Virus record (IMG/VR): IMGVR_UViG_2937808278_000002
Span: 2,622-66,621 of that record
Strand: one strand, 5' to 3'
DNA: 64,000 nt
Source of the DNA: a virus
Taxonomy: Duplodnaviria; Caudoviricetes
The number at the start of each line of letters is the position of its first letter. The first letter of the stretch is position 1. Under the pieces are notes generated by a model. That model did not search any database and was not told the DNA's origin. It saw nothing but the letters and a program-made list of their open reading frames with translations. This document shows, piece after piece, positions 19,076 to 27,746 of the stretch. A program made the translations under genes and the position numbers.

Positions 19076-19683
19076 GCCCCACCCCCAACCATGCCGCAGC
19101 CGTTGATCGCTGCCTGCAACCGCTGATAGATAGCGCTGACATAGCGGGCCTGATGCTTGGCATCATCCAGCGCTCGATGGGCCACGCCCTCGAATGGCAT
19201 ATCTTTTTTCGGGTCAAAGCCCAGCAGGTCACGCCCCATATCAACAACGGTGCGCACGTCCCGATCCTTAAATCCGTTCCAGTAGCCAACAAAGTGCCTT
19301 TTGTTCACGGCTGTATAGGCGTTGGCCATGATGGTGCAGTCAAATCCCGCGCCATTACCCCACACATAAGGGCGCATGTCCCCTTGCCCGTTGGCCAGCA
19401 GCCATGCCTGAAACTTTTGCAGCGCCTGAATCAGCGCCATCCGTTTTTCGCCGTCCACGTTATAGGCAATGGCCTTGCGTGCCTCATCACTCTGCCCCAA
19501 CCACCACAGCACTGTGCCTGGGTCGATCTCCCCAAACTGGGCGCTGTCGCGCAGGTCGATATGCGCCTCAAACTCGGCGCCCAGTGCACCGGTCATCGGG
19601 TCAAAGAACACGGCCCCGATGGTGACGATGGCCGCGTGGGGGCCTTTGCCCATGGTTTCCAGATCCAGCATGACGTTATTCAT
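19072..19683 (-). CDS. DEDDh 3'-5' exonuclease (RNase T/DnaQ-like)
   Basis: VMLDLETMG; WGNGAGFD; HRALDDA. Confidence 0.9.
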   Translation of the reverse strand: MNNVMLDLETMGKGPHAAIVTIGAVFFDPMTGALGAEFEAHIDLRDSAQFGEIDPGTVLWWLGQSDEARKAIAYNVDGEKRMALIQALQKFQAWLLANGQGDMRPYVWGNGAGFDCTIMANAYTAVNKRHFVGYWNGFKDRDVRTVVDMGRDLLGFDPKKDMPFEGVAHRALDDAKHQARYVSAIYQRLQAAINGCGMVGGGA

Positions 19684-19685
19684 GG

Positions 19686-20177
19686 TTACTCTCCTGTTTC
19701 GATTTGACGATGGTCAGCCACTACCTGGTGCAGGTTTGGCTGGTATGTTGGGTTGAGCTGTTCGGCGGCGCCCGGGTTGGCGCGGTCGATGGCGCTGCCC
19801 GGTGCGATAAAGAGGGTGCGGCCGGTGACGGCGCACCGGATGGTGCCGCTCTGGTCGATGGCCACGGGGGTGAGCCCGCCCACGATATGGCGGCGGCCAA
19901 CAGATCGGCCATCAGCTGTCAGCACTGGCACTGTGGGGCGACTGGCCTTGGCCTGATAGGGATTCGGCACCTCGGTGGCGATGGCCGGCAGGGCCAGCTG
20001 CGCGGGGCGGGGATGGCGACGGCGCAAGATGGCGCACGCCACGGCCTGCTGTTTGCCCTGGAGCATCCCCACCCACTGGCTGATCTCGTTGGCTGGCCAG
20101 CGCTGCTGAAGAATGCAGGTCACCCGATTATCCAGGCGGCGGTACTCTTCGCGGCTGACGGTCTGATTGTTGTTCAT
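19686..20177 (-). CDS. Conserved hypothetical protein downstream of A (probable start MNNNQT)
   Basis: ATGA overlap with A; paralog at 54539-55042. Confidence 0.7.
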   Translation of the reverse strand: MNNNQTVSREEYRRLDNRVTCILQQRWPANEISQWVGMLQGKQQAVACAILRRRHPRPAQLALPAIATEVPNPYQAKASRPTVPVLTADGRSVGRRHIVGGLTPVAIDQSGTIRCAVTGRTLFIAPGSAIDRANPGAAEQLNPTYQPNLHQVVADHRQIETGE

Positions 20178-22507
20178 GCCCATTCCTCGCTGTAGTCGTT
20201 CTGCTCCTGCATCCACTCCGGCGTATCCAGCCCTTCCAGCACGCGCCACATCTCTGACTGATAGGGCTGCGGCAGCATCTCTATCCAGCGGTGTGCCCCG
20301 GCGTGGCCCTGCGCCTGGTAGACCTTGCCGCACAGCTCAACCAGCATCGGCCAGTCCTGATCGCCTTCCGGTACCGCGAACTCATCCGGCTGGCCCTGTT
20401 CGGCTGGCACCTGGCCTTCTGGTTGCCAATCCGGCTCGCTTGGGATCGCCCGGCTCGACTGCACCTGGCCGTTCTCCAGCCAGAGGGTGAAGCCGTCCGA
20501 GCTGACGCTGGCGCCTGCCCGTAAACGCCCGATGGAGAAGGGAGATAAACCCCATTGCTCTGCCATCAACTGATCCGCGAACGCCTCAGGATCCGGCTGC
20601 GTACAGTTATTGTCAGAGCTCCAAGGTGCCGGGCTGTCGCCCGTCTTAACCCCAACACCCCCCACCGAAGCCCCGGCGGCCTTGGTGGCCTCAAAGGTGC
20701 CTGCTGGCACAACTTCCCACCCTTGCAGGCGGGTCTTGATACCCAGGCGAGCGGTGTGCAACCCCATCAGGCGCTTGATGTCTTCGCCGTAGCTGTTGGC
20801 CTGCTCTTCGATGAGGTGGGCCAGCTTGATGGGGTGCTCGGCACGGGTGGCCAGTGCGCCGCCCATGGCTTCGAGGTAGCAGCGAAAGATGGCGTTATCG
20901 GCGGCATAGCGGGCCGCCTCAAAGCGCGGGTCTTGCAGCACGGGCTTGGGTGGCCCCACCAGATCGCCGTTCTTCTTGGCGTTGCTGATGCGGCGCAGCT
21001 CGCGCCATACCCCGACAGGTGCGCCGCCAATCTGCTGGAAGGTGCGGATCCCCCACCAACTGGCCCATGCGCACGCATGCAGCGCGCCTTGGTCGGCTGG
21101 GGTGTTAGCCTCTTCGTCGTCACCGACATAGGCGCCATCGATGTTCTTGGCGATGTACTTGGCGAGATAGCCGGTTGCATCGCCCTTGGCTGGGTCGATC
21201 ATCTTCCAGTCGAACCGGGGCGTGATATCGGTAAAGGTGGGGGCAGCCATGGGGACCCGCACCAGCTCGTCCTTGTCGTCTGTCAGCGCGTAGTGCTGCA
21301 GGGTGCTGATCACCGCATTGCGGTCTGACGGGCGCATAAATAGCAGCATGTGCCAGTGCGGGGTGCCGTCATGGTGAGGCTCGCATACCCGAAAGCCGTA
21401 GACAGGTAACTCATTGCGCTTGAGTGAGGCGCGGGTCAGGCTCCACAGCTTGGCCAGATAGGCGCAGGTGTCGCGCGGGGTGGCGCCCTGGTACTTGTCG
21501 TTTTCGATGGTCTTGCCGTTGCGGCCGGTCTTCCAGGTGTGAAAGCGGCTCGGCGCCGTCCAGGTGAAGAACACCCCCACATGGCCCTGTTGCTCGGCGT
21601 AGTCTTCAAACCCGCGCATGCGGGTCATCATCTCGTTGCGACGGTTGACCGGGTTGGAGATGCTGGCTTCCCAGCAGTCCTTCATCGAGACAACCAGGTC
21701 GTGCTGCTCGTTCATCACCTCCGACTCGGCCAGCCAGCGCATCATAGCCCGCTTGCGCTCGCGTACCACTTTCATGGTGGCGTTCGAGACGTAGGCAGAG
21801 ACCCCCTTGCGCACCTTGCCCAGCAGGATGGCGATGTGCTCTTGCAGCCGATCCCAGCAGCGGTTGATGCGTTTCTCCCACCATTTGGCGGAGAGCAGGC
21901 GCACCATCACGCTCAGGATCCAGTTATCCCGCGCCTCTTTGGTTTTGAAGTCCGGCATCCTGCCGATGAACCCCCACTGGTCGGCAGGCTGCTTGATGGA
22001 TTCCCATGTCTCCATCAGATCCAGTTCACCAGCGGCGGCGTTCTGCTCGATGTTCTTCCAGATAGCGGCCGTCTGGTTGGCGAACTGGTGGGCCACCCGC
22101 TTGCGCCCGTCGTCGTCGCGTAGCTGCTGGGCATCGACCGGCAGCGCCATCACCAGGGAGCGGACCCACTTCACCCGCTCCCGCAGCCAGATGTTTGCGC
22201 TACGGCAGTGGCGGGCGGTCCCATCTTTGCGGCGGCGCACGTACTGCTTGAACAGCACCTGGGTGAACTGCATTGAGAGGCCATCGAGCAGCTGCACCGC
22301 CCAGACCAGATCGGATTCACCAGGGGCACCGACAAAGTCGGCCTCCAGCTTGGTGCCTGGCATGGCATTGGCGAGGGCATCGATACGGGCCTTGAGGGTC
22401 TTCTTGGATAGCGGCAGCTGGTTGCGCTTTGGCGTCGGCAGACGGCTGATGGCAAAACCAAGATGGCCAGCCTCGGCGGCTGGCCCTGTGTTGTTCTGAT
22501 GGTTCAT
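20174..22507 (-). CDS. A: Rolling-circle replication initiator gpA (777 aa from MNHQNN)
   Basis: FFTWTAPSRFH, EPHHDGTPHWH HUH motif, GYLAKYIAKNIDG two-Tyr motif. Confidence 0.95.
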   Translation of the reverse strand: MNHQNNTGPAAEAGHLGFAISRLPTPKRNQLPLSKKTLKARIDALANAMPGTKLEADFVGAPGESDLVWAVQLLDGLSMQFTQVLFKQYVRRRKDGTARHCRSANIWLRERVKWVRSLVMALPVDAQQLRDDDGRKRVAHQFANQTAAIWKNIEQNAAAGELDLMETWESIKQPADQWGFIGRMPDFKTKEARDNWILSVMVRLLSAKWWEKRINRCWDRLQEHIAILLGKVRKGVSAYVSNATMKVVRERKRAMMRWLAESEVMNEQHDLVVSMKDCWEASISNPVNRRNEMMTRMRGFEDYAEQQGHVGVFFTWTAPSRFHTWKTGRNGKTIENDKYQGATPRDTCAYLAKLWSLTRASLKRNELPVYGFRVCEPHHDGTPHWHMLLFMRPSDRNAVISTLQHYALTDDKDELVRVPMAAPTFTDITPRFDWKMIDPAKGDATGYLAKYIAKNIDGAYVGDDEEANTPADQGALHACAWASWWGIRTFQQIGGAPVGVWRELRRISNAKKNGDLVGPPKPVLQDPRFEAARYAADNAIFRCYLEAMGGALATRAEHPIKLAHLIEEQANSYGEDIKRLMGLHTARLGIKTRLQGWEVVPAGTFEATKAAGASVGGVGVKTGDSPAPWSSDNNCTQPDPEAFADQLMAEQWGLSPFSIGRLRAGASVSSDGFTLWLENGQVQSSRAIPSEPDWQPEGQVPAEQGQPDEFAVPEGDQDWPMLVELCGKVYQAQGHAGAHRWIEMLPQPYQSEMWRVLEGLDTPEWMQEQNDYSEEWA
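20600..20629 (-). other. Replication origin (gpA nick region) inside A
   Basis: GCACCTTGGAGCTCTGACAATAACTGTACG resembles the P2 ori GCGCCTCGGAGTCCTGTCAATAACTGT; identical copy at 55465. Confidence 0.75.
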
Positions 22508-22761
22508 TGGTGATGGGTACCCGACAGCTCTTTGATGTTGTTCCGGCAGGAGGCCAGCGTATGGCGGGCATGCCTCGCCATCTTTCTGGCGGCGACACAC
22601 TGGCGCAGGGTCAGGGTGACCGTGCAGCGCGGGCGAGGGGAGAGCTGGCGCATCGCCAGCAGGTCGCGCTGGTAGCTGCGCAGGCGGGCCTCGTCGCCCA
22701 TCATGGTGTCGAACCATCTATCCACACGGGTTTGCAGGTCGGTGATCAGGCGGTGGCTCAT
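22504..22761 (-). CDS. Conserved hypothetical early protein
   Basis: 85 aa; same-length paralog at 57369-57626. Confidence 0.7.
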   Translation of the reverse strand: MSHRLITDLQTRVDRWFDTMMGDEARLRSYQRDLLAMRQLSPRPRCTVTLTLRQCVAARKMARHARHTLASCRNNIKELSGTHHQ

Positions 22762-23294
22762 GCTGCCTCCTCTACAATCAGGTGGCTCAGACCATCCGGC
22801 AGGGCAACACGGTTCCCTCTGTCCCAGATAAACCAGCAGTATTCGCAGGAGTCGGAACCGCCGCCCACGAACCGGGGGCGTGGCACCAGGATCGGGGTCT
22901 TGTTCGGGAATCCGATTTCAGCCCAGAACGGCACCCGCCGCTTGCTGCCGAGGAAGTTCACCCGTTGCAGGTAGATGAGCGTCCCGTCCGGTGCGAGTTC
23001 GGACAGACTCTTTCTCATGAATTCCTCGGTGAGGGAAAACGGCGGGTTGGTGATGATGACGTCGAACTGGCTGCCAAAGTCCCAGTCCAGGTAGTCGCGG
23101 CCATGGCGGATCTCGGCCCACTCCTTCTGACCATCAGGCAGCGGGACGGCGTTATAGATGTTCCCCTCGGCGCGGCACGGTTCCATAAAGGTGTCGCCCT
23201 GGCGGAACTGAATGTGGCGCATCAGCGCGGCCACGGCGCTGGCGGGGGTCGGGTAGAGCTCGCGCTCGATGGTGTTGCCGGTCGTGCTGCTCAT
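22758..23294 (-). CDS. Orphan amino-DNA methyltransferase (probably N6-adenine)
   Basis: DVIITNPPF motif IV; YPTP; degenerate motif I FMEPCRAEG. Confidence 0.85.
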   Translation of the reverse strand: MSSTTGNTIERELYPTPASAVAALMRHIQFRQGDTFMEPCRAEGNIYNAVPLPDGQKEWAEIRHGRDYLDWDFGSQFDVIITNPPFSLTEEFMRKSLSELAPDGTLIYLQRVNFLGSKRRVPFWAEIGFPNKTPILVPRPRFVGGGSDSCEYCWFIWDRGNRVALPDGLSHLIVEEAA

Positions 23295-23500
23295 GCCTCA
23301 TCCCCCATCACGGAGTCATCATCGAGCAGATCTGCAGGGCGGCTGGTCACGACCAGTTGCACCTGGATGTACTCGTCCCCGGAGTACAGCTCGCCCAGGG
23401 CGATGCGGTTTTCCTGCTCGCCAGTGGCCAGCAGCTCGGTCAGCAGCGGCAGCACAGCCCGCTCTGCCCGCTTGGCGATATGAATGGCGTCGATGCTCAT
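23291..23500 (-). CDS. Conserved hypothetical protein
   Basis: Nearly identical to 58359-58568. Confidence 0.7.
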   Translation of the reverse strand: MSIDAIHIAKRAERAVLPLLTELLATGEQENRIALGELYSGDEYIQVQLVVTSRPADLLDDDSVMGDEA

Positions 23501-23688
23501 GCTTGGGCCCTCCGGCTCATGGTGTGGAATAGCTGGTGCCAGCGCAGTTGCAGGCGGGCCTGCTCGCGCAGAGTGCGGCCCTCTGGGCCGCGTTTGGTGG
23601 TGTAGGTCGTCGCTCTGATGCGGTGCGGCAGATCGGCCACGTCGGCCAAGGCAGCCTGCCGGGTGATGGGCTGCAACAGCGTGTTCAT
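23497..23688 (-). CDS. Conserved hypothetical protein (MNTLLQ...)
   Basis: Paralog at 58565-58756; ATGA coupling. Confidence 0.65.
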   Translation of the reverse strand: MNTLLQPITRQAALADVADLPHRIRATTYTTKRGPEGRTLREQARLQLRWHQLFHTMSRRAQA

Positions 23689-23858
23689 GCCACCCCCTCG
23701 ATGATGCGGATAGCGCCAGAGGTCAGGCGCTCCATGCGGGCGTAGCCGTTCCGGCCGCGCAGCCAGGTGGTACCGCAGTTGATGTAACCGCGGCGGACCA
23801 GATAGGCGGATGCCGCCTTGATAGTCGGTTCGGTGTGACGCGTGATAACGGCGGCCAT
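23685..23858 (-). CDS. Conserved hypothetical protein (MAAVIT...)
   Basis: Paralog at 58753-58926. Confidence 0.65.
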   Translation of the reverse strand: MAAVITRHTEPTIKAASAYLVRRGYINCGTTWLRGRNGYARMERLTSGAIRIIEGVA

Positions 23859-23860
23859 GA

Positions 23861-24037
23861 TCAGATCCCCCCACGGCGGTTGACGCATGACCAGACCGCA
23901 CGCCAGGCCATGGCGGCTGGGCGTTCTACTGCATGGATCAGGTCTGGGCTGGCGCGGTAACGCTGACCACGGCAGGCCAGCTTGCGGTTTTGCAGGCGCA
24001 GGTTGCGCAATTGGTCACGAATGGCTAAAGTTGGCAT
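23861..24037 (-). CDS. Conserved hypothetical protein (MPTLAI..., 58 aa)
   Basis: Paralog at 58929-59105; RBS AGGAG upstream. Confidence 0.6.
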   Translation of the reverse strand: MPTLAIRDQLRNLRLQNRKLACRGQRYRASPDLIHAVERPAAMAWRAVWSCVNRRGGI

Positions 24038-24098
24038 GTCAATTCTCCTGGTTGACGATGGAAAGCCCGCTGGTGTTGTCGCACCGATAGCGGGTTTT

Positions 24099-24557
24099 TT
24101 ATTGCCCGATGGCCCTGGGGCCTGACTGGCACATCTCACTGCCCGCCAGCACGGCGCGTTTCATGCGCAGCTTGGCGGCTCTCTCCCTCTTCTCTCGCTC
24201 GATATCCCCGATAGGCCTGGTCACTGGCGCCGGGTGCCACACCTGGGTGTCACAGCCGCCGCGAAACTCCCCCTGGTACTCCAGCGCGATCACCGCGAGC
24301 CGGATCGCTTCGCGCTGCGCGTGGGGCAGGGCGGACAAGGTGGCCGTCATCAGCTCGCCCCGTGGCTGGCGGGCGATGGCACAGATGGCCGCCTTCTTGG
24401 CCTGACTCAGGGCCAGCCAGTCGGTGTTCAAGCTGGAACCGGTCTTGCCGAACAACTCCCGCAGGATCTGGCAGCCGGCGGTGTTCATGGCCACTTGCTC
24501 ATCGGGGGTCAGCCCCGCCAAATTGCGCTGTTCATGGTCGATGCGTTGCGTTTGCAT
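24099..24557 (-). CDS. Early protein, possibly P2 gpB-like replication accessory
   Basis: Position after cII; paralog at 59172-59630; weak resemblance to gpB. Confidence 0.6.
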   Translation of the reverse strand: MQTQRIDHEQRNLAGLTPDEQVAMNTAGCQILRELFGKTGSSLNTDWLALSQAKKAAICAIARQPRGELMTATLSALPHAQREAIRLAVIALEYQGEFRGGCDTQVWHPAPVTRPIGDIEREKRERAAKLRMKRAVLAGSEMCQSGPRAIGQ

Positions 24558-24581
24558 GGGGTTCTCCTTGCGGTATGGGGC

Positions 24582-24881
24582 CTAGGCCCCTTCCTGTTCT
24601 GCAGCGGTTTCTGCGACCCCGGCCTGCTTGAGTGCCTCAATGGCGGGGAACGGGCGAGGGTGGGTTGGGATGGGCTGGGCGGTATGCACGACCGGCAGCA
24701 CCACGGCGGGGTTTCTCAGTTCTGCCGGTTTCAGCTCTGCCACAATTTCGGCCAACACCTTGCAGCGGAAATTGCACTCAACATTGGAGCATCGCTGATA
24801 TGACTCGAAAGACAGCAGGCTCATTGGGCGAGTCGTGCGGCTGGTCATACGGCTTTTGCAGTGGGGGCAACGTAATCTCAT
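24582..24881 (-). CDS. Ogr/Delta-like zinc-finger transcription activator (99 aa)
   Basis: CPHC...TT..S...Y..CSNVEC motif. Confidence 0.8.
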   Translation of the reverse strand: MRLRCPHCKSRMTSRTTRPMSLLSFESYQRCSNVECNFRCKVLAEIVAELKPAELRNPAVVLPVVHTAQPIPTHPRPFPAIEALKQAGVAETAAEQEGA

Positions 24882-24892
24882 GGTCTGGTCTC

Positions 24893-25408
24893 CTAGGCGC
24901 CGATGGCGGCGCGGGCCATATCCGCAGCGCATGCCAAGCTGGGGATGGCGTGAAATCTGTCTTCGACCTCGGTGGCCAGCAGCACAAGGTGCTCGATGCC
25001 TGCCCACAAGCCGCCGACGACGGTGTTTCGGTGTGACTTGGTGACGCGGTCACCGGCGAGGATGGTGGTGGCCTGGGCGGTGACGCCCAGGATCTGGGCG
25101 CCCGCGTTGAGCGCCTGTTGGGCGCGGGCTTCTGGCGCAACCGGGGCCGCCTCCGGCAGACGAACGGCGGTCAGGCCGCAGTCAAACAGCAGGCCATCAA
25201 ACAGGGTGTCGTCCCCGGTCGCCTGGCAGAGGCCGATAAGATCGAGGGCGGAAAGCTTGTGCTTCTCGCTGGCGGGGTTGAACTTGTTGTGCAGCGTCCC
25301 TTTTGGCAGGCCAAACTCGCGCTCCAGCTCGCTGAGGTTGTGCGCCTGCTTGAAGACATCGCAGGCCGCCGAAAAGTGGTTGTGTGAAAAGCGGGACTGG
25401 TTTGACAC
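24893..25408 (-). CDS. cII: CII-type regulatory protein (GTG start)
   Basis: LHNKFNP...KLSALDLIGL...GDDTLFDGLL; RBS GGAGGGG upstream of GTG 25408. Confidence 0.85.
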   Translation of the reverse strand: MSNQSRFSHNHFSAACDVFKQAHNLSELEREFGLPKGTLHNKFNPASEKHKLSALDLIGLCQATGDDTLFDGLLFDCGLTAVRLPEAAPVAPEARAQQALNAGAQILGVTAQATTILAGDRVTKSHRNTVVGGLWAGIEHLVLLATEVEDRFHAIPSLACAADMARAAIGA

Positions 25409-25436
25409 TCTGATTCCCCTCCAAAGGTCGCTATGG

Positions 25437-25721
25437 TTAGCTGGCGAGTGTGAACAGGGACGACGAGTGTCCCGCCATCTGCTTGGCGATAAACACATGC
25501 ACCTTGACCATCACCAGCTCATTGGCGCGCGTTTTTTCCATGACATCGAGCCGGCCGGTTTTGACCCAGTGGCGGGCGGTATCGACAGACACACCGACCC
25601 ACTCGGCAAACTTGGCGATGGGCATCAGCGGCGGGAGGTCTGCCGAGATCACCAGGTTGATCGCGCTGACGGCGGGGGCCTGGGTCGCTCTGGCCGCGGG
25701 ATTGATATGACGAGGTGGCAT
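25437..25721 (-). CDS. cox: Cox/Apl-like winged-helix regulator/excisionase
   Basis: PLMPIAKFAEWVGVS..TARHWVKTGRL; position before cII. Confidence 0.75.
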   Translation of the reverse strand: MPPRHINPAARATQAPAVSAINLVISADLPPLMPIAKFAEWVGVSVDTARHWVKTGRLDVMEKTRANELVMVKVHVFIAKQMAGHSSSLFTLAS

Positions 25722-25726
25722 GGTGG

Positions 25727-26029
25727 TTACGCCTTCCCTGGTTGTGCGTTGGCGGGGTCATCATTGGCGGCGTCCGTCGCCCGCTGGACGCTGGGGATCG
25801 CCTCCAGCGGGGTGCCCGGCGCGACGCGCTGATAGGGGCGCTGCTGGCCAGCGGCGGGAGCGGGGTCGGCTTTCAGCGCGCCGCCAGTCAACACCTCGAT
25901 CTGGTAGGCGCGGCCCTGGGGGATGGTGTCGCCCCATTGGGAAACTGCCGCCTCTGAAATGTTCAGCTTCCGCGCCAGCTCAGCCGCTGAGCCGAAGTAG
26001 TTAATGACATCTGCTTTTTTCACACTCAC
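25727..26029 (-). CDS. cro: Lambdoid Cro-like HTH protein with a low-complexity C-terminal tail
   Basis: KKADVINYFGSAAELARKLNISEAAVSQWGDTIPQGRAYQIEVLTGGAL; divergent from cI. Confidence 0.85.
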   Translation of the reverse strand: MSVKKADVINYFGSAAELARKLNISEAAVSQWGDTIPQGRAYQIEVLTGGALKADPAPAAGQQRPYQRVAPGTPLEAIPSVQRATDAANDDPANAQPGKA

Positions 26030-26036
26030 CCACCCA

Positions 26037-26140
26037 AACCTTAAGTTTTGATATGGGCAATCCTAACTTAGCGTTCAGCCATAAACAAGCTTAAGTTTTG
26101 AGTTATTTAACCTTAAGGTTTTCTTTTGAAAGTTAAGCTA
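26037..26140. promoter_or_regulatory. cI/cro operator array
   Basis: AACCTTAAGTTT (26037), AAGCTTAAGTTT (26087), perfect AACCTTAAGGTT (26109), AAAGTTAAGCTA (26129). Confidence 0.75.
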
Positions 26141-26145
26141 GGTTA

Positions 26146-26835
26146 ATGCACATATCAGATCGAATACTCAGCAGAAGAACTGCTCTCGGCCTTTCCAAAA
26201 CCGCACTAGCCAAGGCGATTGGCATAAGCGGAGTTTCGGTAGGGAAATGGGAGTCAGGCTTGAACCAGCCAAAAGGCCGCTACCTCAACGATTTAGCGGC
26301 CGCGCTTGGCGTGTCTGTCGATTGGCTGCTGACGGGGAAAGAAGAAGGCAGCATGGGCGTCTCTGAGCCCCCGTTCCCGGGTTACCGCAACGTCGAACCC
26401 GCCGAGATCCCACAAGGCACGCGGGTCCCCATTCTCAGTTATGTGCAGGCAGGCCAGTGGCGAGAGATGTGCGAACAAGCCACGGCGTTTGATGGCAGCC
26501 TGGAATATGTCGCGGCGGGTGTCAGTGTCGGCAGCTGCGCGTTTGGTCTGTGGGTGCGCGGCAACTCCATGGAGCCGGACTTCAAAGAGGGTGACTTGTT
26601 GATCGTTGACCCTGACGAGGCTCCCAAGGCGGGTGACTTTGTGATCGCCAAGAACGGCAGCGAAGAGGCCACCTTCAAAAAATACCGCTCCCGTGGTGAA
26701 TACGACGACGGCCGCCCTCGCTTCGAGCTGGTGCCCCTCAATGATGACCATGAAACCCTGAGCACCGACCAAACCCACATCGCCATCATCGGCGTGGTGG
26801 TCGAGCACCGCCGGATTTTGAAACGGGGCGGGTGA
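26146..26835 (+). CDS. cI: CI repressor, XRE HTH plus S24 autopeptidase
   Basis: HTH; VQAG cleavage site, GNSMEP Ser, TFKK Lys. Confidence 0.93.
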   Translation: MHISDRILSRRTALGLSKTALAKAIGISGVSVGKWESGLNQPKGRYLNDLAAALGVSVDWLLTGKEEGSMGVSEPPFPGYRNVEPAEIPQGTRVPILSYVQAGQWREMCEQATAFDGSLEYVAAGVSVGSCAFGLWVRGNSMEPDFKEGDLLIVDPDEAPKAGDFVIAKNGSEEATFKKYRSRGEYDDGRPRFELVPLNDDHETLSTDQTHIAIIGVVVEHRRILKRGG

Positions 26836-26838
26836 GGG

Positions 26839-27156
26839 TCAGGTGGCGGCCTGTGACAGGATCAGTAACCGCGCCCGGTCGAGCAACAAGCATTGCAGGG
26901 CGAAGTGTTGGAGCTGGTCGAAGGTATACCAGCGCTGACCAGACAGGGCGAGCGGATACAATTTGCCGTTGACCTCCAAGTCTGCGTGACGGGTATAGAG
27001 GGTTGCTAGTGCAAAAAACATCATGTTCAAAAATTGTCTTAACCGCTGGCGCAACCCGGTCGGGGTGTGGGTCAGCACCACGGCATCGAAACGATCGGAA
27101 GACTCAAAGTGCGCCAACCGATAAGAGTGGCAGATAACGGTGAACATGGCGGACAT
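26839..27156 (-). CDS. Hypothetical protein (start may be 27147)
   Basis: 105-aa ORF with AGGAG RBS; convergent with cI. Confidence 0.5.
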   Translation of the reverse strand: MSAMFTVICHSYRLAHFESSDRFDAVVLTHTPTGLRQRLRQFLNMMFFALATLYTRHADLEVNGKLYPLALSGQRWYTFDQLQHFALQCLLLDRARLLILSQAAT

Positions 27157-27178
27157 CTCCTAATAGGCGGGACGTTAA

Positions 27179-27559
27179 ATGAGCAAAATTCGTTACCGAG
27201 AAGCTGGCAGCCTGTATCTGAACATACAGGGTCATGATGCGACACCGCTAACCGCGTTGCTGGAAGAGCATGGGGTTGAAAACGGTGGCGCGATCGCAAC
27301 CTACAGCGACGGTGCTCAGTATTTTATCGAAGTGTTTGACTGGATTGCACAAAACCCTGAGCAGGTAAAAGCAATATGCGCGGTGCTCGTTGCGCTTGTC
27401 AGTCGTTTTAACCGTTGCAGTGTCAAAGCTATCGTCGAAGGCAAGCAGATTGAAATCAACAATCTTAGCGCCAAGAACGCGACAGCCTTGGCCAAAGAGT
27501 TAAGCAATGGGCCGGTTCGGCAGATCACGGTTGACCTGAGAGCAGTCGATGATGAGTAG
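27179..27559 (+). CDS. Hypothetical cargo protein, 126 aa
   Basis: ORF fills the accessory gap; lower GC than the core genes. Confidence 0.7.
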   Translation: MSKIRYREAGSLYLNIQGHDATPLTALLEEHGVENGGAIATYSDGAQYFIEVFDWIAQNPEQVKAICAVLVALVSRFNRCSVKAIVEGKQIEINNLSAKNATALAKELSNGPVRQITVDLRAVDDE

Positions 27560-27728
27560 CAATGACGGCAACTTCACAGCGTATCGTCCCCGCGGCATCG
27601 ATGAGAACGGGCAAGAGGTGTTTGAGCTGGTCCCGCTTAATGACGATTACCCGCCCATGCACTCCGACCGGCAGCACATCGAAATCATCGGCGTGATGGT
27701 CGAACACCGCATTTTTAGAAAACGATAG
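27549..27728 (+). pseudogene. Orphan C-terminal fragment of a second CI/S24 repressor (59-aa ORF)
   Basis: FTAYRPRGIDENGQEVFELVPLNDDYPPMHSDRQHIEIIGVMVEHR aligns with cI FKKYRSRGEYDDGRPRFELVPLNDDHETLSTDQTHIAIIGVVVEHR. Confidence 0.85.
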
Positions 27729-27746
27729 GGCGCTAAAGCGCCCTAT
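27725..27746 (+). terminator. Hairpin terminator
   Basis: ATAGGGCGC TAAA GCGCCCTAT followed by TT. Confidence 0.6.
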
